The position numbers and the translations under genes are program-made. This document shows positions 26,986-32,000 of a DNA stretch of 32,000 nt, piece by piece (within the stretch, counting starts at the first letter, position 1; every line of letters begins with the position of its first letter). Below the pieces are notes generated by a model, which worked only from the letters and a program-made list of their open reading frames with translations, was not told the origin of the DNA and made no database searches. Source of the DNA: Cupriavidus necator (GTDB lineage: Bacteria; Pseudomonadota; Gammaproteobacteria; Burkholderiales; Burkholderiaceae); contig NZ_CP066018.1 in the NCBI RefSeq assembly GCF_016127575.1, positions 2,580,001-2,612,000 on the forward strand. Reading direction: 5' to 3'.

Positions 26986-27876
26986 ATGCGGGCGGAACGG
27001 CGGGGCCGCCCGGTACCGCCACCCCGGGAGCCCATCATCCATTCGACGCTTTTGTATATCCTGCTCGCCGCCACGATCTCGGGGGTGGGCAGCATCTTCG
27101 GGGCGGCGCTGCTGTCGCTGACGGTGGCGTCCCGCGTGGTCGAGCGCATGGTGAGCTTTTCAGTGGGCGTGCTGCTGGCCACCGCGCTGCTGCATTCGCT
27201 GCCCGAGGCGTTCGAGTCCGGCGCCGACCCGCGCGCGCTGTTCGGCACGCTGCTGGCGGGGCTGCTCGGCTTCTTCCTGCTGGAAAAGATCTCGCTGCTG
27301 CGTCACTCGCACCACCACGAGGGCGACGGGCACCACCACCACCACGGCCATGACCGCGAGGAAGCGGGGCGCAGCGGCCTGACCATCCTGGTCGGCGACA
27401 CCTTCCACAATTTTGCCGACGGCATCGTGATCGCGGCGGCCTTCCTGGCCGATCCGCATATCGGCGTGGTCACCGCGCTGGCGATCGCGGCGCACGAGAT
27501 CCCGCAGGAAGTCGGCGACTTCATCGTGCTGCTCAATGCCGGCTTCTCCAAGGCCCGTGCCTTTGCCTTCAACCTGCTGTCGAGCCTGGCGGCCATCGCC
27601 GGCGGCGTGGTCGGGTATTTCCTGCTCGACCAGCTGAGCGGCTGGATTCCGTACGTGCTGGTGATTGCCGCCAGCAGCTTCCTCTATATCGCGGTCAGCG
27701 ACCTGATGCCCCAGATGCAGCGCAAGCCGCGCTGGCGCGAGTCGGCGATCCAGGTGGTGCTGGTGGCCGCGGGCATCTCGGCGATCGTCTTCATCACCAA
27801 CGGCGTGCACGAGAGCCACAGCCACGGCGGGCACGGCCATATTGCGCCCGCCGCGCCCATTGCCTCGTCACGCTGA
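26986..27876 (+). CDS. zupT: ZIP-family divalent metal transporter with a His-rich cytoplasmic loop
   Basis: Motifs HNFADG and HEIPQEVGDF. Loop HSHHHEGDGHHHHHGHD. The start is uncertain: there is no SD before ATG 26986, and the first hydrophobic helix begins at STLLYILLAA. The symbol rests on recalled synteny with Cupriavidus zupT. Confidence 0.8.
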   Translation: MRAERRGRPVPPPREPIIHSTLLYILLAATISGVGSIFGAALLSLTVASRVVERMVSFSVGVLLATALLHSLPEAFESGADPRALFGTLLAGLLGFFLLEKISLLRHSHHHEGDGHHHHHGHDREEAGRSGLTILVGDTFHNFADGIVIAAAFLADPHIGVVTALAIAAHEIPQEVGDFIVLLNAGFSKARAFAFNLLSSLAAIAGGVVGYFLLDQLSGWIPYVLVIAASSFLYIAVSDLMPQMQRKPRWRESAIQVVLVAAGISAIVFITNGVHESHSHGGHGHIAPAAPIASSR

Positions 27877-27878
27877 CT

Positions 27879-28736
27879 TCAGGCGGCCCCGGTAGCGACC
27901 GGGCGCGCCGGATCGGCGCACCATTCGCTCCATGATCCCGGGTACAGCGCCGCGCCGCCCAGGCCGGCCGCTTCCAGCGCCAGCAGGTTGTGGCAGGCCG
28001 TGACACCGGAGCCGCACTGCATCACTGCCTGCGCCGGGGCGCGCGCACCCAGCACTGCGCCGAATTCCGCGCGCAGGGTCTCGGCCGGCTTGAAGCGGCC
28101 GTCCGCGCCCAGGTTGTCCTTGAAGAAGCGGTTGACCGCGCCGGGGATATGGCCGCCAACCGGGTCCAGCGTCTCGTTCTCGCCGCGGAAGCGGTCGGGC
28201 GCGCGCGCATCCACCACCAGCAGCGAGGCGCGCTCGAGGTTGTCCACCAGCGCGGCGGCGTCGACGGTCGGCGCCAGCGACTTGCGGCGTTGGAACTTGC
28301 CGGGCAATTCCGGCTCTTCCGTGGCATCGTGTTCGAGCGGCAGGCCGGCCTTGACCCAGGCGTCCTTGCCGCCGTCGAGCACGGCCACGGCATCGTGGCC
28401 GAGCCAGCGCAACAGCCACCACAGCCGCGCGGCGAACATGCCGCCCTGCGCATCGTAGGCCACTACCGGGGTGTCGTCGTCCACGCCCAGCGCCTGCAGG
28501 CGCGCCACCAGGTCGTCGGCGTCGGGCAGGGGGTGGCGGCCGTTGCTGCCGGTCTTGGGGCCGGACAGCTCGTTGTCCAGGTGCAGGTAGAAGGCGCCGG
28601 GCAGGTGGCCGGTGCGGTAGGCCTCGCGGCCGGCGGCCGGGTCGGCCAGGTCGAAGCTGCAGTCGATCACGACGCAGCCGCCGGGGGTGGCCAGCAGCGA
28701 TTGCAGCGCGGTGACGGAAATCAGCGGTTTCTGCAT
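27879..28736 (-). CDS. sseA: two-domain rhodanese sulfurtransferase (3-mercaptopyruvate sulfurtransferase type)
   Basis: 285 aa. Active-site loop CGSGVTA in the second rhodanese domain. First-domain motif HLPGAFYLHLD. Confidence 0.85.
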   Translation of the reverse strand: MQKPLISVTALQSLLATPGGCVVIDCSFDLADPAAGREAYRTGHLPGAFYLHLDNELSGPKTGSNGRHPLPDADDLVARLQALGVDDDTPVVAYDAQGGMFAARLWWLLRWLGHDAVAVLDGGKDAWVKAGLPLEHDATEEPELPGKFQRRKSLAPTVDAAALVDNLERASLLVVDARAPDRFRGENETLDPVGGHIPGAVNRFFKDNLGADGRFKPAETLRAEFGAVLGARAPAQAVMQCGSGVTACHNLLALEAAGLGGAALYPGSWSEWCADPARPVATGAA

Positions 28737-28785
28737 GGGAATCCTGTTGCGATCGATGGAAAGGGGTCTAGTTCACCAGGGGATG

Positions 28786-29709
28786 CTACACCTCGGGATG
28801 GACTTCCGCCTCCGGCGACTTGACCGGCGTGGCCGGCGTGGGCTTGGCATCGGTGCCCTGGCGCGCGCGCATCAGCGTGGTGGCGATGCCGCTGGCGATG
28901 ATCAGCCCCATGCCCAGCCACGACAGCCAGTTCAGCCGGTCGGACCAGATCAGCATGCCCCACACGCTGGAAAAGACGATGCCGGCGTATTGCAGGTTGG
29001 CGGTCAGCAGCGTGTTGCCGCGCTTGTAGGCGCGCGTCATCGCGGTCTGGCCCAGCGTGGCCAGGATGCCGATGGCCAGCAGCAGGCCGGCGCCGTACCA
29101 GGTATGCGCGCTGACGCCGCCCAGCAGCATCCACACCAGCCCGGCGATCATGCCGACCAGCGAGAAATAGAACACGATGCGGCCCTCGGGCTCGCCCAGC
29201 TGGCCGAGCTGGCGCACCTCGACATAGGCCAGCGCCGTGAACATGCCCGAGATCAGTCCGACCAGGCCGCCGGTCAGCTGGTCCTTGCCGACCGAAGGCT
29301 GCAGCAGGCAGATCACGCCGGCAAAGGACAGCAGGATCGCCAGCACCAGGCGCCGGTCGGCATTGCCGCCGGTGCCGGCCAGCGCCGCGCCGGCGCCCAG
29401 GATCAGCGCGATCCACACCGGCGACATGTAGTTCAGCGTCATCGCGGTGGCCAGCGGCAGCAGCGAGATCGAGGTGAACCACAGCATCAGCGCGGTCACG
29501 CCGAACACGCTGCGCTTGATGTGCGACAGCATGTAGGGCGTGCGCACCGGGATCCCGCGCGAGGACAGCAGCACCCACATGATGACCACGCTGATCAGGC
29601 CGCGGTAGAAGACGATCTCGCCGGTGGTGTAGAGATCGGATGCCAGCTTGACGCCAACCCCCATCAACGAGAAGGCGAAGGCGGCGAACAGCATCCAGAG
29701 CGATTGCAT
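28786..29709 (-). CDS. DMT superfamily (EamA-like) transporter
   Basis: Track ORF trimmed to the only in-frame ATG before the hydrophobic core (MQSLWMLFAAFAFSLMGVGVKLA). About ten hydrophobic spans in a two-EamA-repeat layout. There is no clear SD. Confidence 0.8.
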   Translation of the reverse strand: MQSLWMLFAAFAFSLMGVGVKLASDLYTTGEIVFYRGLISVVIMWVLLSSRGIPVRTPYMLSHIKRSVFGVTALMLWFTSISLLPLATAMTLNYMSPVWIALILGAGAALAGTGGNADRRLVLAILLSFAGVICLLQPSVGKDQLTGGLVGLISGMFTALAYVEVRQLGQLGEPEGRIVFYFSLVGMIAGLVWMLLGGVSAHTWYGAGLLLAIGILATLGQTAMTRAYKRGNTLLTANLQYAGIVFSSVWGMLIWSDRLNWLSWLGMGLIIASGIATTLMRARQGTDAKPTPATPVKSPEAEVHPEV

Positions 29710-29825
29710 GGCGAGGGGCGCGGTGAAGCGAAACGAAGCGGGAAGGAGAGGCGTCCGGCGCGCGGGCGGGCTTCGTGTCCGGCCTCGCGTCGCGCAAGCG
29801 GTGTGGCTGCCGGCACCGGACAATG

Positions 29826-29834
29826 ATTCTAGCA
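29826..29834 (-). promoter_or_regulatory. extended -10 element TGCTAGAAT upstream of the DMT gene
   Basis: The reverse complement of 29826-29834 reads TGCTAGAAT, identical to the 9-mer at 20462-20470. It lies between the Rieske-gene terminator and the DMT start. Confidence 0.3.
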
Positions 29835-29848
29835 GCGCACTTCGCGTC

Positions 29849-29881
29849 CCAAAGGAAAACGGACCGCCAGGGGCGGTCCGT
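29849..29881 (-). terminator. rho-independent terminator of the Rieske oxygenase gene
   Basis: 11-bp perfect stem AACGGACCGCC / GGCGGTCCGTT (29858-29868 / 29871-29881). On the minus strand it is followed by TTTTCCTTT. Confidence 0.8.
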
Positions 29882-29921
29882 TCTTGCGTGCGTTGTGCGG
29901 TTATCGCACTAGTCCGCCGGA

Positions 29922-31025
29922 CTAGCCGGCGTAAGCCATGGCGCGGCGATACCACTCATGGAAATGCTGCATGCCGTCTTCCATCGGCGACTGGTACGGC
30001 CCGACTTCGCTGGTGCCGCGCTTGAGCAGCGCCAGCCGGCCGGCATCCATGCGTTCGGCGATCTCGTCGTCCTCGATGCAGGTTTCCATGTAGGCGGCGC
30101 GCTCGGCCTCGACGAACTCGCGCTCGAACAGCGCGATTTCCTCGGGGTAGTAGAACTCCACCACATTGCGCGTCTTGCGCGGGCCGACCGGGTGCAGCGT
30201 CGAGATCACCAGCACGTTGGGGTACCACTCCACCATGATGTTGGGGTAGTAGGTCAGCCAGATCGCGCCGTGCTTGGGCAGCACGCCGTCGTTGAAGCGC
30301 AGCACCGCGTCGTGCCATTTCTGGTAGGTCGGGCTGCCGGGGCGCTTCAGGCCGGCATGCAGGCCCACGGTCTGCACGCTGTGCCACTCGCCGAACTCCC
30401 ACTTGAGGTCGTCGCACGAGACGAAGCTGCCCAGCCCCGGGTGGAACGGCACCACGTGGTAGTCCTCCAGGTAGACCTCGATAAAGGTCTTCCAGTTGTA
30501 GTCGCACTCGTGCACCTCGACGTGGTCCAGCATGTAGCCGTCGAAGTTCAGGTCCTGGGCCACGCCCAGCCTGGCCAGGTCGGCGCGCACGTCGCGCTTG
30601 CCGTCGAACAGCAGCCCGTTCCAGTTCTGCAGCGGCGAGCGCTTCAGGTGCAGGCAGGGTTGCTTGTCGAAATGCGGCGCGCCGAGCAGCTCGCCCTTCA
30701 GGTCGTAGGTCCAGCGGTGCAGGGGGCAGACGATGTTCTGCGCATTGCCGCGGCCGTTGAGCATGATGGCCTGGCGGTGGCGGCAGACGTTGGACATCAG
30801 TTCGATGCCGGCGGCGTTGCGTACCAGCATGCGGCCTTCGTCCTCTGCCCTGAGCGTGTGGTAGTCGCCGACTTCCGGAACCATCAGCTCGTGGCCGATA
30901 TAGCCCGGGCCATTCCTGAACAGCAGTTCGAGTTCTTGTTGATGCAGCGCTTCGTCGAAATAGACGCCGACGGGCAGTTGCGAATCAGCCGGCGCCAGGT
31001 TGAGCGCGGTGCTGAGATTGGACAT
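29922..31025 (-). CDS. Rieske [2Fe-2S] non-haem-iron oxygenase alpha subunit (choline-monooxygenase-like class)
   Basis: Track ORF trimmed to ATG 31025 (GGGAG SD). Rieske motif CRHR...CPLHRW. Mononuclear iron motif EDYHVVPFH. 367 aa. Confidence 0.85.
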   Translation of the reverse strand: MSNLSTALNLAPADSQLPVGVYFDEALHQQELELLFRNGPGYIGHELMVPEVGDYHTLRAEDEGRMLVRNAAGIELMSNVCRHRQAIMLNGRGNAQNIVCPLHRWTYDLKGELLGAPHFDKQPCLHLKRSPLQNWNGLLFDGKRDVRADLARLGVAQDLNFDGYMLDHVEVHECDYNWKTFIEVYLEDYHVVPFHPGLGSFVSCDDLKWEFGEWHSVQTVGLHAGLKRPGSPTYQKWHDAVLRFNDGVLPKHGAIWLTYYPNIMVEWYPNVLVISTLHPVGPRKTRNVVEFYYPEEIALFEREFVEAERAAYMETCIEDDEIAERMDAGRLALLKRGTSEVGPYQSPMEDGMQHFHEWYRRAMAYAG

Positions 31026-31405
31026 TATCCCCACTCCCAGATGAACAGGTGAAAGCAGTGAACAACCCAACCATCGAAAATTGAATCGATTTGGGAAAGA
31101 CTTCCGCCAGGTCGGCAAGGTCCGGTAGCCCCCTGGCGGCGAGGGGGAGATTGTACCCGACCCAAAAAGTTAAGGGACTGATTTTTTTGCCTTTTTAGCG
31201 AAAAAGTCGACCCGGGTCGTCATCGGGGTGCCGTACCGGGCGCATTCGGAAAGACGACCCGAGCGCACAAGTCACTTCTGTGGTTTGTGCACCCCGATAG
31301 GTCCACGCCGACCGTGCGCAAGGATGGGGCAAGCTCCCGCTTTGGCGTAAAATCCGGGCTTCCCCATCCGGGTTTCCCCCGGGGTCCTTGATTCCAGGTC
31401 CTGAT

Positions 31406-32000
<595 letters not shown>

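Noticed and set aside
27301-27351. Run of CAC/CAT codons that looks like a short tandem repeat
   Set aside because: It lies in frame inside the ZIP transporter and encodes the His-rich cytoplasmic loop common in this family. It is not an independent repeat element.
17101-31052. Other long shadow ORFs: 17101..18945(-), 19907..21517(+), 21465..24341(-), 24478..25920(-), 25545..26852(-), 28687..29826(+), 29958..31052(+)
   Set aside because: Same reasoning: each lies opposite or out of frame to a confidently identified gene and shows biased, motif-free composition.

Overview
High-GC (about two-thirds G+C by eye, not computed) betaproteobacterial chromosomal DNA. Gene content and order look like Cupriavidus/Ralstonia, and I recall this order from C. 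necator H16 chromosome 1; that is memory, not a search. I support 25 protein-coding genes, two of them cut by the window edges. I found no rRNA, tRNA, CRISPR array, transposase or integrase. Left to right: (1) a minus-strand operon of a polar-amino-acid/opine-type ABC importer ending in a UxaA/GarD-family dehydratase, divergent from an unusual GntR regulator with two tandem wHTH domains; (2) housekeeping galU, valS, uvrD; (3) an IclR regulator divergent from acylating aldehyde dehydrogenase, AMP-forming CoA ligase and ACS-family MFS carrier, matching the described sulfoacetate cluster sauRSTU; (4) a polytopic membrane protein, thrB, a DUF2782 protein, a LOG-family protein, polA; (5) ndh, a Tat-exported dienelactone hydrolase, a His-rich ZIP transporter (zupT-like), a two-domain rhodanese sulfurtransferase, a DMT/EamA transporter, an orphan Rieske oxygenase alpha subunit; (6) xseB and the start of ispA. 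The many long antisense ORFs in the track are GC artefacts. I see no convincing wholly new system such as a defence, secretion, mobile or RNA-guided module. The best uncharacterised candidates are the ABC-importer/UxaA-dehydratase operon with its double-wHTH GntR regulator and spacer-embedded operator, the head-to-head start overlap of the LOG gene and polA, and a 380-nt lower-GC structured intergenic region upstream of xseB.
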